Positions 1 to 10,754 of a stretch of DNA of 34,642 nt are shown here, piece by piece. How positions within the stretch are numbered: position 1 is the stretch's first letter; each line of letters starts with the position of its first letter. This stretch comes from Gammaproteobacteria bacterium. GTDB lineage: Bacteria > Pseudomonadota > Gammaproteobacteria > Competibacterales > Competibacteraceae. The stretch spans positions 1-34,642 of the forward strand of contig PWUP01000090.1 in assembly GCA_003562535.1 (NCBI GenBank), written 5' to 3'. The notes beneath the pieces were generated by a model. The model was not told where the DNA came from, ran no database searches, and worked only from the letters and a program-made list of their open reading frames with translations. A program made the position numbers and the translations under genes.

Positions 1-1
1 A

Positions 2-682
2 CAACAGCGCATCGCCTTGGCGCGGGCGATTGTGATTCAACCCGACGTATTATTGCTGGATGAGCCGCTATCGGCACTGGATGCCCATCTGCGCGAAGGG
101 ATGCGGGTTGAATTGAAACGCATCCAGCGCGAGTTGGGTATTGCCACGGTGTTTGTTACCCACGATCAATCGGAAGCCTTGGCGCTGTCCGATCAGGTGG
201 TGGTGATGAATCATGGCACCATCGAGCAGCAAGGCACACCCCAAGAAGTCTATAACGCCCCGCGCACCGAGTTTGTCGCTGGGTTTCTCGGTCAGTCGAA
301 TATCCTCAGCGCCCGAATCAGCGGCCAACAGGGCGAGCTACTCACGGTGCAACTGGCGGATAATGGGCCGCAGGTATTGGCTGCACCACGAACCGACGCA
401 CCTTGGCAACCCAATGCCCCAGTCCGCTTGATCATCCGTGCCGAACGGTTACTGCTGGCTGAACAGCACCCCGAAGTGGCTGGTCAAACCTTGCTCGATG
501 GTGTAGTGACCACGGTCGATTATCAAGGGCAGAACGCGCGCTATTTTGTTAAAGTCGGCCCGCTGGATTTACAGGCGATTAACCCCATTGATCATCGCCC
601 ATTTGCCGAGGGTGAGCGGGTGCAACTGCGGATTCGCAGCCAGGATTGCGTATTGTTGGCTGATTCACAAGACCGCCATTAG
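2..682 (+). CDS. ABC transporter ATP-binding protein, C-terminal part (5' end off the window); PotA/FbpC-like
   Basis: The frame is open from the window edge. It contains [21 protein letters not shown] (Walker B) and VTHDQSEA (H-loop), followed by a C-terminal regulatory-type domain. Confidence 0.85.
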   Translation, partial: QQRIALARAIVIQPDVLLLDEPLSALDAHLREGMRVELKRIQRELGIATVFVTHDQSEALALSDQVVVMNHGTIEQQGTPQEVYNAPRTEFVAGFLGQSNILSARISGQQGELLTVQLADNGPQVLAAPRTDAPWQPNAPVRLIIRAERLLLAEQHPEVAGQTLLDGVVTTVDYQGQNARYFVKVGPLDLQAINPIDHRPFAEGERVQLRIRSQDCVLLADSQDRH

Positions 683-1548
683 CGTAATTCGAACCTTACC
701 GGAACGTGCAGTGTGGCGCTGACCGCCCGTCCGCCTTGTCTCGCGGGTTGAAAGCGCCAATCGCGCAGCGCGGCCAGTGCGGCTTGGTCGAGCAGGGCGT
801 GACCACTGCCGGCCACAATGTCAATTTCCCCCGGCTGGCCGTTGGCCAAAATCTGTACTTCTAATACCACCTCACCCTGTAAACCGCGTCGCCGAGCTTG
901 AACCGGGTAGCGTGGCTCGGGATTATGCAGCACCTTTGCGGGTGTCCATTCGGTATCAGCAGCGCTGGGTTGCGTGGCTGTCGTGGTGTTGGCGGCATTA
1001 TCCTGAGTTGCTGCGGAGGCGGTGTCAGACCGCTTGGCTTGAGTTTGCGAGGACGGCGCAGGTTGCGGCCTTGCGGTTGGTTGCGAAGGCGGCGGAGTCG
1101 TAGGTGCAGGCGCGGGTTCCGGTGGCGCTGCTGGTTTAGGACGTGTCTCGGGTGGTGCTTGAGTGATTGGTTCAGGCGCAGGTTCCGGTTGCGCTATTGG
1201 TTCAGGACGTGGCTCGGATGGTGCTTGAGTGGTCGGTTCAGGCGCAGGTTCCGGTTGTACCGCCGGTTTGGAATCCAATTCGGGTTGTTCAGGAGTAACG
1301 GGTTGTGGTTCAGAGGACGGAGTGGCTTCTGGTTGCGGTATCGGTTGGGCTAAGCGTGCAGGTGGCTGTTCTGCAGACATCGCTGCGCTGGATTGGCTGG
1401 GTGCGGTATGCAGCAGGCTCACTTGCAGGCTAAGGGGCTGATCTACATGGGTGAGTGGCACGAGTGGCGGTTGCCACCACAGCAAACCCGCATGTACACC
1501 CAGAGACATGAGCAAGGCCAGTGCCAAGCGCAGAGTGTGAATATCCAT
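679..1548 (-). CDS. tonB: TonB family energy transducer
   Basis: The N-terminal anchor carries an SxxxH motif ([12 protein letters not shown]). A long Pro/Glu/Ala-rich spacer follows. The C-terminal TonB domain reads [22 protein letters not shown]...G...[17 protein letters not shown]. The ATG at 1548 is preferred over the upstream TTG at 1593. Confidence 0.85.
   Translation of the reverse strand: MDIHTLRLALALLMSLGVHAGLLWWQPPLVPLTHVDQPLSLQVSLLHTAPSQSSAAMSAEQPPARLAQPIPQPEATPSSEPQPVTPEQPELDSKPAVQPEPAPEPTTQAPSEPRPEPIAQPEPAPEPITQAPPETRPKPAAPPEPAPAPTTPPPSQPTARPQPAPSSQTQAKRSDTASAATQDNAANTTTATQPSAADTEWTPAKVLHNPEPRYPVQARRRGLQGEVVLEVQILANGQPGEIDIVAGSGHALLDQAALAALRDWRFQPARQGGRAVSATLHVPVRFELR
1060..1257 (-). 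repeat. Three tandem 66-bp (22-aa) repeats inside the tonB proline-rich spacer
   Basis: Units 1192-1257 and 1126-1191 are near-identical at DNA level ([22 protein letters not shown] / [22 protein letters not shown]). The third unit, 1060-1125, is degenerate. Confidence 0.8.
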
Positions 1549-1719
1549 AGACTTCGTTCGGCGGTATAACCGTTTGGGTTGCGACTTAAGCAAGCATTAA
1601 CCGCGTTACGAACGAAATTTTGTGATCTCATCTCCGCCGTAACGCAGTGTCCTGCGTCGCATAACGGCATTGAGATCACCGCCCCCGCAAAACACCCCGT
1701 TTGCTGGGTTGCGACGCCA

Positions 1720-1868
1720 GCAATGGCAGGTCTCCTGGCTCACGGGTCACAGCGCACTGTCCGCCTTCCCGGATAGAATGGATCAATCCAGTGGCGTTTT
1801 GAACAGCCGCTTACCGTTGACAGTTGCGGGGACAGCTAGGGCTTGACACCTATTCCCTTAACCATTGC
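1720..1868 (-). promoter_or_regulatory. Cobalamin (B12) riboswitch aptamer in the tonB leader
   Basis: The minus strand reads GCAATGG-TTAAGGGAATAGGTGTCAAGCCCTAGCTGTCCCCGCAACTGTCAACGG...GCCACTGG...CCGGGAAGGCGG...GAGCCAGGAGACCTGCC-ATTGC. All conserved cobalamin-riboswitch blocks are present, including the B12 box, and P1 closes as GCAATGG/CCATTGC. The aptamer lies about 170 nt upstream of the tonB ATG. Confidence 0.9.
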
Positions 1869-1970
1869 AGCGGGTATAGTGTAACGCATATTGCCGTGGG
1901 CGTAGACCCTGCGTTGGCTAAAGCAGCAAGGTTGGCTTATGGTGCCCACCTCATCAGCTCGGAAACCGCA

Positions 1971-2438
1971 ATGTTTAACGTTGTATTATATGAACCAGAA
2001 ATTGCTCCCAATACGGGGAATATTATCCGCTTATGTGCGAATACGGGGTGTCGTTTGCATCTGATCGAACCGTTAGGGTTTACGCTGGAAGAGCGCAAAC
2101 TGCGGCGAGCGGGGCTGGATTACCGTGAGTGGACTGCTATTCGCTGCCATGCGGATTACCCCACTTGGCACCAGCAAGTCAGCAGTCAGCGCATCTGGGC
2201 GTGTACGACTAAAGGTCACACCGCGCCCAGTGCGGTCGCGTTTCAACCGGGCGATAGCCTGTTATTTGGTCCGGAAACCCGTGGCTTACCCCAAGCCCTC
2301 TTGGAGGATTTAGGGTCTGAGTCATGGCTGCGCCTGCCTATGTTGCCAACCAGCCGCAGTCTGAATTTAGCCAATGCGGTGGCGGTCGTGGTTTATGAAG
2401 CGTGGCGACAACACGGTTATGCCGGAGCGGCTCGCTGA
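1971..2438 (+). CDS. trmL: tRNA (cytidine/uridine-2'-O)-methyltransferase TrmL (SpoU/TrmH family)
   Basis: MFNVVLYEPEIAPNTGNIIRLCANTG...LIEPLGF...LRRAGLDY...LLFGPETRGLP...LNLANAVAVVVYEAWRQ. The ~155-aa length fits TrmL. The ORF-track start at 1824 overlaps the riboswitch region and was discarded. Confidence 0.9.
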   Translation: MFNVVLYEPEIAPNTGNIIRLCANTGCRLHLIEPLGFTLEERKLRRAGLDYREWTAIRCHADYPTWHQQVSSQRIWACTTKGHTAPSAVAFQPGDSLLFGPETRGLPQALLEDLGSESWLRLPMLPTSRSLNLANAVAVVVYEAWRQHGYAGAAR

Positions 2439-2563
2439 GTGCCGCGTATTATTGCTGCTGCATACAGTGGGCAATCGCGTTACACTAATGGCTTGTTTAC
2501 CTGAAACTGATGGAGCGCAGCCATAGGGGCTGGCAACAGTCGCTATCGCTGGTGAATCACACG

Positions 2564-2998
2564 ATGAATGATAATCTACCGCGCGGTACTCTTTACATCC
2601 AAGACATTGACATTGGCATGAGCCGTCACCTGCGTAAAACCATTACCGATGACGATATTGAGTTGTTTGCTCAGGTTTCGACCGATCATAATCCGGTGCA
2701 TTTAGACGATAATTATGCCCGCAACACGCCGTTTAAGGGTCGTATTGCTCACGGCATTTTAACCGCTAGCCTGATATCCGCCGTGATTGGCGAACAATTA
2801 CCGGGTCATGGGACTATTTATATGAGCCAAACCCTGAAATTTATCGCTCCGGTACGCCCCGGTGATACGGTGTTGGCGGAGGTGACGGTATCGGCGGTGA
2901 ATCGTGATAAACGCCGAGTGACGTTGGAGTGTCTGTGCAGTGTGGAAGACACCCCAGTGCTGAAAGGCGAAGCGGTGGTGTTGGCACCAAGCCGCTAA
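2564..2998 (+). CDS. MaoC-like (R)-specific enoyl-CoA hydratase (PhaJ-type hot-dog fold)
   Basis: FAQVSTDHNPVHLD...GRIAHGILTASLISAVIG..LPGHGTIYMSQTLKFIAPVRPGDT. The start was chosen at MNDN, and the alternative upstream start at 2510 is possible. Confidence 0.8.
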   Translation: MNDNLPRGTLYIQDIDIGMSRHLRKTITDDDIELFAQVSTDHNPVHLDDNYARNTPFKGRIAHGILTASLISAVIGEQLPGHGTIYMSQTLKFIAPVRPGDTVLAEVTVSAVNRDKRRVTLECLCSVEDTPVLKGEAVVLAPSR

Positions 2999-3010
2999 GG
3001 GCGGTTTGCG

Positions 3011-3772
3011 ATGAATCTTTACGCTGTCCGTGCCATTTATGTCTTTGAACTCAGCCGCACTGCCCGCACCCTGTTACAAAGCATTGTCTCACCAGTAATC
3101 TCGACATCGCTGTATTTTGTGATATTTGGTGCGGCGATTGGTTCGCACATCACCGAAATTGATGGCATCAGCTATGGCGCGTTTATTGTGCCGGGATTAA
3201 TCATGCTGATGCTGCTCACCCAAAGCGTGGCGAATGCTTCCTTTGGGATTTATTTCCCGCGCTTTTCCGGGACGATTTACGAGTTGCTGTCAGCGCCGGT
3301 GTCGTATTTTGAAATTGTCTTAGGCTATGTGGGTGCGGCAGCGACTAAGTCGATTATTCTTGGCTTGATTGTGTTGGCAACGGCGGGGTTTTTTGTGCCG
3401 CTGCACATCGCTCATCCTGTTGTGATGATTGTGTTTTTAGTGCTCACGGCGATTACTTTCAGCCTTATTGGTTTTATCGTTGGCATTTGGGCGGATGGGT
3501 TTGAGAAACTGCAAATCGTGCCCTTGCTGATTATCACCCCGCTGACGTTTCTCGGCGGTACCTTTTACTCCATCGAGATGCTGCCCCCGTTCTGGCAAAC
3601 CGTCACCTTACTCAATCCGGTGGTGTATTTAGTCAGCGGCTTCCGCTGGAGTTTTTATGGGGTGGCCGATGTCAGTCTGACCGCCAGCCTAGTCATGGTT
3701 GGGGTGTTTTTAAGTGTAGCGCTGGCGGTGATCGCGTGGATTTTTAAAACCGGCTATCGGTTAAAAAATTAA
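3011..3772 (+). CDS. yadH: ABC-2 type transporter permease (YadH-like)
   Basis: About 6 TM segments. There is strong end-to-end resemblance to E. coli YadH ([52 protein letters not shown]). Confidence 0.8.
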   Translation: MNLYAVRAIYVFELSRTARTLLQSIVSPVISTSLYFVIFGAAIGSHITEIDGISYGAFIVPGLIMLMLLTQSVANASFGIYFPRFSGTIYELLSAPVSYFEIVLGYVGAAATKSIILGLIVLATAGFFVPLHIAHPVVMIVFLVLTAITFSLIGFIVGIWADGFEKLQIVPLLIITPLTFLGGTFYSIEMLPPFWQTVTLLNPVVYLVSGFRWSFYGVADVSLTASLVMVGVFLSVALAVIAWIFKTGYRLKN

Positions 3773-3779
3773 CTTGCTG

Positions 3780-4790
3780 TCATTGCGCATAATAGGCGCG
3801 ATACCACTCCACAAACTGGGCGACACCCTGCTCCACATTGACTTGGGGTTGATACGCCACCGCTGCACTGAGGGCACTGACATCGGCGGAAGTGTCGGGC
3901 ACATCACCAGGCTGTAAGGGCAGTAATTCCAATTGCGCTTTACGGCCTAAGCACTGTTCCAGCACTTCGATATAGCGCAGCAACTCGACCTGTTCGCGGT
4001 TACCGATGTTATACAAGCGATACGGCGCTACACCGCTGGCGGCCGGGTCAGGCTCCAGACTGTCCCAATAGGCATCAGGCTGAGCCGGTTGATCCACTAT
4101 CCGCACAATACCCTCGACGATATCATCGATATAGGTAAAACTGCGGGTGTGCCGACCGTGATTAAACACCGGAATTGGCCGACCGGCAAGAATGGCTTGA
4201 GTGAATAAAAACAAAGCCATATCAGGCCGTCCCCAAGGACCATACACCGTGAAAAACCGCAAACCGGTGCAGGGGATGGCGTATAGGTGCGCGTAGCTGT
4301 GCGCCATCATTTCATTGGCTTTTTTGCTGGCGGCATACAGCGTTAAGGGGTGTTCGGTGGAGTACGCTTCCGCAAACGGCATGCGTGTATTGGCCCCATA
4401 AATTGAGCTGGTGGAGGCATAGACCAGATGCTCGATAGTATGGTGGCGGCAACCTTCTAAAATATGCAGAAATCCGGTGATATTGCTGGAAACATAAACA
4501 TGCGGATTCTCAGCCGCATAGCGCACCCCGGCTTGGGCGGCTAAATGCACCACACGCCGCGGTTTATAGGTGGCAAACAGTGATTCAATCGCGTCACGAT
4601 CGGCCAGATCGGCATGGACATGGGTATAGGCGGGATGATCCATAAACCGAGCTAACCGAGCTTTTTTTAGAGTGACATCGTAGTAGTCATTGAGATTATC
4701 TAAGCCAATCACGGTCTCACCGCGCCCCAACAAAGCCAAGGCGACATGTGAACCAATAAACCCGGCGGTGCCAGTCACTAAAATTGACAT
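3780..4790 (-). CDS. NAD-dependent epimerase/dehydratase, UDP-glucuronate 4-epimerase-like
   Basis: Rossmann motif VTGTAGFIGSH, STSSIYG, and catalytic YAASK (YxxxK). The start is at MSILVTG (ATG 4790). The 41-codon upstream extension in the ORF track was rejected. Confidence 0.85.
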   Translation of the reverse strand: MSILVTGTAGFIGSHVALALLGRGETVIGLDNLNDYYDVTLKKARLARFMDHPAYTHVHADLADRDAIESLFATYKPRRVVHLAAQAGVRYAAENPHVYVSSNITGFLHILEGCRHHTIEHLVYASTSSIYGANTRMPFAEAYSTEHPLTLYAASKKANEMMAHSYAHLYAIPCTGLRFFTVYGPWGRPDMALFLFTQAILAGRPIPVFNHGRHTRSFTYIDDIVEGIVRIVDQPAQPDAYWDSLEPDPAASGVAPYRLYNIGNREQVELLRYIEVLEQCLGRKAQLELLPLQPGDVPDTSADVSALSAAVAYQPQVNVEQGVAQFVEWYRAYYAQ

Positions 4791-4837
4791 GATGAGACAT
4801 GCTCCATCGCTGCGAGGAGGTATCGAGTCGTTGGCTC

Positions 4838-4860
4838 TGATAACCGGAATCCGATTATCA
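4838..4860. promoter_or_regulatory. 23-bp near-perfect palindrome in the divergent epimerase/deaminase intergenic region (candidate operator)
   Basis: TGATAACCGGAATCCGATTATCA has outer arms TGATAA/TTATCA and inner arms CGGA/TCCG. A TATAAT hexamer lies at 4884-4889, upstream of the ATG at 4917. Confidence 0.3.
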
Positions 4861-4904
4861 AGGTGAACGACTCCAGTATGGCTTATAATACACCTTATTT
4901 TTAG

Positions 4905-5921
<1,017 letters not shown>

Positions 5922-6031
5922 CGGCACTGTAGATGTTAAACCCAAACAAACGGAGGATCGGGATCAGACGGCGTAAGCTTGCGCTGTCCCACCCTGCCCG
6001 ACACTAGGCTGGGGTTTCCCGTGCACAACTG

Positions 6032-7945
6032 ATGACCTATCAACTCATACTGTCCACCTTGCTAGGGCTACTCTTAGCCACGACCGCACAATCCAGTCCA
6101 GCCAGCGCCTTGGATGACTGTGTTGAACACTATATTGACGCTGAATTAGATCGGGCCTCTGAGTGCCTAGAAACCTATTCGAGCAAGCATCCAGAACATA
6201 CGGCGGCGCGTAATCTGTGGGCTGCGGTGCAATTATTACAGCACCAACCCCTGCGAGTCACCACCACCCTACCTGAAGCGCTCGCCCTGGATAATCCCCA
6301 AACAGCGGCCTTGCGAGGTACCGCACTATTACACTCAGGAGCTGATTTAGAAGGCTTTGAATGGTTGCAATACGCTGTGGCGGCGGGCGAACCGGAGCAG
6401 TTGTACCGTTTGGTATTAACCGATGTCCAAGCCGATGCCCCTTTAATTATCATTGATCTGCGTGATGAAGTACTGCCCACTGATCTGCTTAAACCTCTGT
6501 GGTTACTACAGGAAAAATCATTCGGGCAAGCTATTGCCTTGATTGCTGGTCAACTCGAACAACACCCTGAATCACCGCTGTATCTTTATTTACTCGGTCG
6601 AGCGTATTCAGAGCAACGTGATTATCGTTATGCCTATACGGCCTTGAGCCGTGCTTTAGAGCGTCAACCGCAGTTGCTGAGTGCTCATCTGGGTATGGCC
6701 GGGATTGCTTTAGCTACGGGTGATTTGGATGTGGCGAGTGAACATTATTTTAATGTTCTACGGGTGCGGGATAATCATATTGACGCCTTAAACGGTTTGG
6801 TACAAATCGCCCAATACGGTGGACAAACCACATTAGTGCGTGAATGGTTGGAACATGCTTGGCAACGTAACGGCGAGGTTCAAATCGGTAGTTTATTGGT
6901 ACAAGCGCGGTTAGCCGATGACGCGACGGACAGCGCCTTAGCACTGTCTACGCACTTGTATGAACACTACCCTGAACAGCCACAATCCTTATATTCACAT
7001 AGCTTAGCGTTATTGGCTAATGAGTCTCCCGCTGCGGCCATCGACACCTTACAGACTTTAACTCATCTGCACCCCGATTCTGTGGAAGCGTGGAAATTAT
7101 TGGCCAGTGCGCAGATTCAGACTACAGAATTGGAGGGAGCCATCGCGGCTTTAAACCAAGCGGTCAGTTTGGAACCAGAACATCTAGCGGTACGGGTTAT
7201 TCGCGCTGAGGTGTATCTGCTGATCGAGCAGTTTGAATCAGCCCTAGCAGAAGCTCAAGAAATCCAAAGATTAGCGCCAGAAAAAGCCGTAGGCTATAAA
7301 CTGGAGGGAGATGCCTACATTCAACAAGGGGATTACGCGGCAGCGGCTGAGGTATACAGCATCGCTTTTGAGTATGAGCCTAACGCCGAAACGGTGCTGT
7401 TACTCAACAGTGCCCATTGGTTGAATGGTGATCCTATCCAAGCGATGAGTGTGTTACGCCGTTGGTTAGCCATCGCCCCCGAAGAAACTGCAGTTCGGCT
7501 GCAATTAGCCATGCAACTGCAACAGATTGGCGACGCGAACAACGCCCAAGAGGAATACGAACAGGTTTTAGAGTTAGCCCCACAAAATTTAATCGCTTTA
7601 AATAATCTGGCGTGGCTGTATTTAGATCATGATCCTCAGCGTAGTGTAGAACTCGCCCAACAGGCTTTAGAACTCGCTCCAGAACGGGGCGAGGTGGCGG
7701 ACACTTTAGGCTGGGCCTTGGTGAAAAGCGAGCAGTTGGACCGCGCCGTAACCGTGCTGCAACAGGCGGTAGCCACAGCAGGCCATATTCCCCGGATTCG
7801 TTACCATTTAGCCGTGGCTCAATATCAGAGCGGTGATGTTGAATCGGCTCGTGGGGTATTGACGACCCTGCTGGATGAACCCTTGCCCGCTAATTTGCGC
7901 CAGGACGTTGATCAGCTTTTAGCGCAAGTTGAACGGGCGCATTGA
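6032..7945 (+). CDS. Secreted tetratricopeptide (TPR) repeat protein
   Basis: N-terminal signal peptide (LLGLLLATTAQSSPASA). Multiple TPR-like repeats are visible (e.g. ALNNLAWLYL, AYSEQRDYRYAYTALSRALE). The specific function is not inferable. Confidence 0.7.
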   Translation: MTYQLILSTLLGLLLATTAQSSPASALDDCVEHYIDAELDRASECLETYSSKHPEHTAARNLWAAVQLLQHQPLRVTTTLPEALALDNPQTAALRGTALLHSGADLEGFEWLQYAVAAGEPEQLYRLVLTDVQADAPLIIIDLRDEVLPTDLLKPLWLLQEKSFGQAIALIAGQLEQHPESPLYLYLLGRAYSEQRDYRYAYTALSRALERQPQLLSAHLGMAGIALATGDLDVASEHYFNVLRVRDNHIDALNGLVQIAQYGGQTTLVREWLEHAWQRNGEVQIGSLLVQARLADDATDSALALSTHLYEHYPEQPQSLYSHSLALLANESPAAAIDTLQTLTHLHPDSVEAWKLLASAQIQTTELEGAIAALNQAVSLEPEHLAVRVIRAEVYLLIEQFESALAEAQEIQRLAPEKAVGYKLEGDAYIQQGDYAAAAEVYSIAFEYEPNAETVLLLNSAHWLNGDPIQAMSVLRRWLAIAPEETAVRLQLAMQLQQIGDANNAQEEYEQVLELAPQNLIALNNLAWLYLDHDPQRSVELAQQALELAPERGEVADTLGWALVKSEQLDRAVTVLQQAVATAGHIPRIRYHLAVAQYQSGDVESARGVLTTLLDEPLPANLRQDVDQLLAQVERAH

Positions 7946-7950
7946 GCTTT

Positions 7951-7967
7951 ATAGTTTTCAAAACTAT
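7951..7967. terminator. Weak AT-rich hairpin between the convergent TPR gene and spoVR
   Basis: ATAGTTTT-C-AAAACTAT is an inverted repeat in the 34-bp convergent gap. The stem is short and AT-rich. Confidence 0.25.
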
Positions 7968-7979
7968 CTGCACACTGAG

Positions 7980-9473
7980 TTAATGCTCAATCGCTGCCAC
8001 AGGTTCACGACGACCGTCTTCGAGCAAGGTCTCTAGGCGGACACTAAACCCCCAGAGCCGATACAGGTGCTTGAGCATTTCTTGGGCGTTTGCCGCTAAG
8101 GGTTTGCGGTTATAGCGGGTGTGAACTAGGGTGAGCGAACGGTCACCACGGTGATCAACGGAATAAATTTGGATGTTGGGTTCTTGGCTGCCTAGATTGT
8201 ATTGATCGGCCAAGGCTTGCCGCAGTCGGCGGTAACCGCGCTCGTCGTGAATGGCACTGATGGCCAATTCGCGTTGTTGATCGTCATCCAGTACCGCAAA
8301 TAATTTAAATTGGCGCATCACTTTAGGCGATAAATACTGGGCGATGAAACTTTCATCCTTGAAATTGCGCATGGCGAAATCCAGCACTTTCACCCAATCT
8401 TGTCCGGCAATATCAGGAAACCAGTAACGATCCTCTTGGTCGGGGTGTTCGCAGATGCGCCGGATATCGCTCATCATGGCGAAGCCCAAGGCGTAGGGGT
8501 TAATCCCAGAATAATACGGGCTATCGAAATCAGGTTGGGCGATCACATTGGTATGCGATTGCAAAAACTCGATCATGAATCCGTCAGACAGCAAACCCTC
8601 ATCGTACATTTGATTGAGCAGGGTGTAATGCCAGAACGTCGCCCAGCCTTCGTTCATGACCTGGGTCTGGCGTTGTGGGTAAAAATACTGGCCGAGCTTG
8701 CGCACGATACGAACAACTTCGCGTTGCCACGGCTCTAACAGCGGTGCGTTTTTCTCAATAAAATACAAAATATTTTCTTGCGGTTCCGCCGGAAAGCGCG
8801 TCTCTGGAGTCTGATCAGCCGTGTGTCCCTGAACAGGAATCGTCCGCCATAAATCGTTAATTTGGGTTTGTAGATACGCTTCGCGTTCTTGCTGGCGCAG
8901 GCGTTCGGCAGTGGCCGATAACGGGGCAGGGCGTTTATAACGATCGACCCCATAATTCATTAGGGCATGGCAAGAATCTAAGAATAATTCAACGGTCTCC
9001 TGACCATAGCGTTGTTCACACTCGGTGATGTAATTCTTGGCAAACAGCAAGTAATCGATGATGGCGTCCGCTGAAGTCCAAGTGCGGAATAAATAATTGC
9101 CCTTAAAGAAGGAATTATGTCCGTAGCAGGCATGGGCAATCACCAGCGCTTGCATGGTGAGGGTGTTTTCCTCCATCAAATAGGCGATACAGGGATTGGA
9201 GTTAATCACTACCTCATACGCCAAGCCCATCTGCCCACGGCGATAGTTTTGTTCGGTTGCGACAAAGCGTTTGCCGTATGACCAATGGTGGTAGCCCAGC
9301 GGCATGCCTACGGCAGAATAGGCGTCCATCATCTGCTCAGCGGTGATGATTTCAATCTGATTGGGGTAAATATCCAGCGGGTATTGCGCTGCAATCCGCC
9401 CCAGTTCTTGGTTGTAGCGTTCCAGCAGCGGGAACGTCCAGTCTGATGACTCAGAAATCACCAAGCGTTTCAT
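7980..9473 (-). CDS. ycgB: SpoVR family protein (YcgB homologue)
   Basis: 497 aa with an ...[13 protein letters not shown]... motif. It is the third gene of the conserved prkA-yeaH-spoVR unit and overlaps yeaH by 4 nt. Confidence 0.9.
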   Translation of the reverse strand: MKRLVISESSDWTFPLLERYNQELGRIAAQYPLDIYPNQIEIITAEQMMDAYSAVGMPLGYHHWSYGKRFVATEQNYRRGQMGLAYEVVINSNPCIAYLMEENTLTMQALVIAHACYGHNSFFKGNYLFRTWTSADAIIDYLLFAKNYITECEQRYGQETVELFLDSCHALMNYGVDRYKRPAPLSATAERLRQQEREAYLQTQINDLWRTIPVQGHTADQTPETRFPAEPQENILYFIEKNAPLLEPWQREVVRIVRKLGQYFYPQRQTQVMNEGWATFWHYTLLNQMYDEGLLSDGFMIEFLQSHTNVIAQPDFDSPYYSGINPYALGFAMMSDIRRICEHPDQEDRYWFPDIAGQDWVKVLDFAMRNFKDESFIAQYLSPKVMRQFKLFAVLDDDQQRELAISAIHDERGYRRLRQALADQYNLGSQEPNIQIYSVDHRGDRSLTLVHTRYNRKPLAANAQEMLKHLYRLWGFSVRLETLLEDGRREPVAAIEH

Positions 9474-10735
9474 GCGGCTTGCCTCTTGAACAAATCGCGA
9501 AATACAGGATAAATATCGGCTGGCCCATCAATCTGGCGCATGGCGAATTGCGGGCATTGCGCTTGAACGTCTTCATAGGCTTCCCACAAGCTTTGATGCC
9601 GGTCAGGGGTAATTTCCACATAGGCGAAGTACCGCACCAACGGCATAATCGATTCGGTGAGCCACTGCTGGCACAGCGGCGAGTCAGTGTGCCAGTTATC
9701 ACCATCCGAGGCTTGAGCGGCATAAATATTCCAACTGGCGGTGGGGTAGCGTTCTCGGGCAATGTCGTACATCATTTCCAAAGCGCTGGAGACCACCGTG
9801 TCGCCGGTTTCCCGCGAGTAAAAAAATTCTTGCTCATCCACTTCTTTAGCAATCGTGTGATGACGGATAAACACCACTTCGATGTGCTCGTAATTACGCT
9901 CAAGAAATAAATACAGCAAGATAAAAAAGCGCTTAGCCAAATCTTTACGGGCTTGGTTCATCGACCCCGATACATCCATGAGACAAAACATCACCGCTTG
10001 CGATGAAGGTTGCTCCTGTTTGGCGCGGTTGTTGTAGCGCAGATCATAGGTGTCGATGAACGGCATCCCGCGCAGCCGAGCCTGTAAGCGCTCAATTTCA
10101 GCACTCAATGCTTCTCGCTCGGCAGCATCGGCTTCCGAGTCATCGCTCAGCGCGTGCAGACGCGCTTCCAGCTCGCGGAGTTGGGCACGATAGGGCGCAC
10201 CCAGCGCTTGCCGCCGTGCCAATGACTGCTTTAGGGAACGCACTACATTGATGTTACTCGGCACACCGTCAGTGCTGTAACCGGCACGCACCCATTTATA
10301 TTCCGTCAATTTAGCCAGTTCAGTTTTAACCAGATTCGGCAGTTCCAGATCCTCGAAAAACATTTCCAAGAATTCTTCGCGGCTGAGCTGAAAGCTAAAC
10401 TCATCCTCGCCCTGGCCTTGATTGCTGGCTTGACCTTCACCGCCTCTACCCCCACCACCACGGGGACGCGGCAGACGATCACCCTCGACAAAGTCTTTAT
10501 TGCCCGGGTGAATAATCTGCCGTTCGCCACCCGATCCGTGATGGAACACCGGCTCGCTCAAATCGCGTGCTGGAATATTGATTTTTTCGCCACTGTGCAT
10601 ATCGCGGATGCTGCGTTCTGACATGGCATCGGACACAGCTCGCTTGATTTGCGCTTTAAAGCGCTTAATGAAGCGCTGGCGATTAACGGCGCTTTTGTTT
10701 TTGCCGTCTATACGCCGATCGATAAAGTGGCCCAT
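9470..10735 (-). CDS. yeaH: YeaH/YhbH family protein (DUF444, vWA-like)
   Basis: MGHFIDRR...[12 protein letters not shown]-terminus, an acidic/Gly-rich linker, and C-terminal CLMDVSGSM (vWA MIDAS-like). Confidence 0.9.
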   Translation of the reverse strand: MGHFIDRRIDGKNKSAVNRQRFIKRFKAQIKRAVSDAMSERSIRDMHSGEKINIPARDLSEPVFHHGSGGERQIIHPGNKDFVEGDRLPRPRGGGGRGGEGQASNQGQGEDEFSFQLSREEFLEMFFEDLELPNLVKTELAKLTEYKWVRAGYSTDGVPSNINVVRSLKQSLARRQALGAPYRAQLRELEARLHALSDDSEADAAEREALSAEIERLQARLRGMPFIDTYDLRYNNRAKQEQPSSQAVMFCLMDVSGSMNQARKDLAKRFFILLYLFLERNYEHIEVVFIRHHTIAKEVDEQEFFYSRETGDTVVSSALEMMYDIARERYPTASWNIYAAQASDGDNWHTDSPLCQQWLTESIMPLVRYFAYVEITPDRHQSLWEAYEDVQAQCPQFAMRQIDGPADIYPVFRDLFKRQAA

Positions 10736-10754
10736 AAACCTGCTCCTGCGCCCT

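Noticed and set aside
777-1441. Long + strand ORFs (777-1103, 898-1353, 1229-1441) rich in Arg, Gly and Cys
   Set aside because: They are antisense reading frames of the GC-rich, repetitive Pro/Glu/Ala spacer of tonB. They have no start context and biased composition, so they are artefacts.
1824-1970. N-terminal extensions offered by the ORF track for trmL (1824), the epimerase (4913), hisA (21714), hisF (22411), tonB (1593) and the MaoC gene (2510)
   Set aside because: The extensions have no family-conserved sequence, overlap upstream genes or the riboswitch, and internal ATG starts reproduce the canonical N-termini and lengths.
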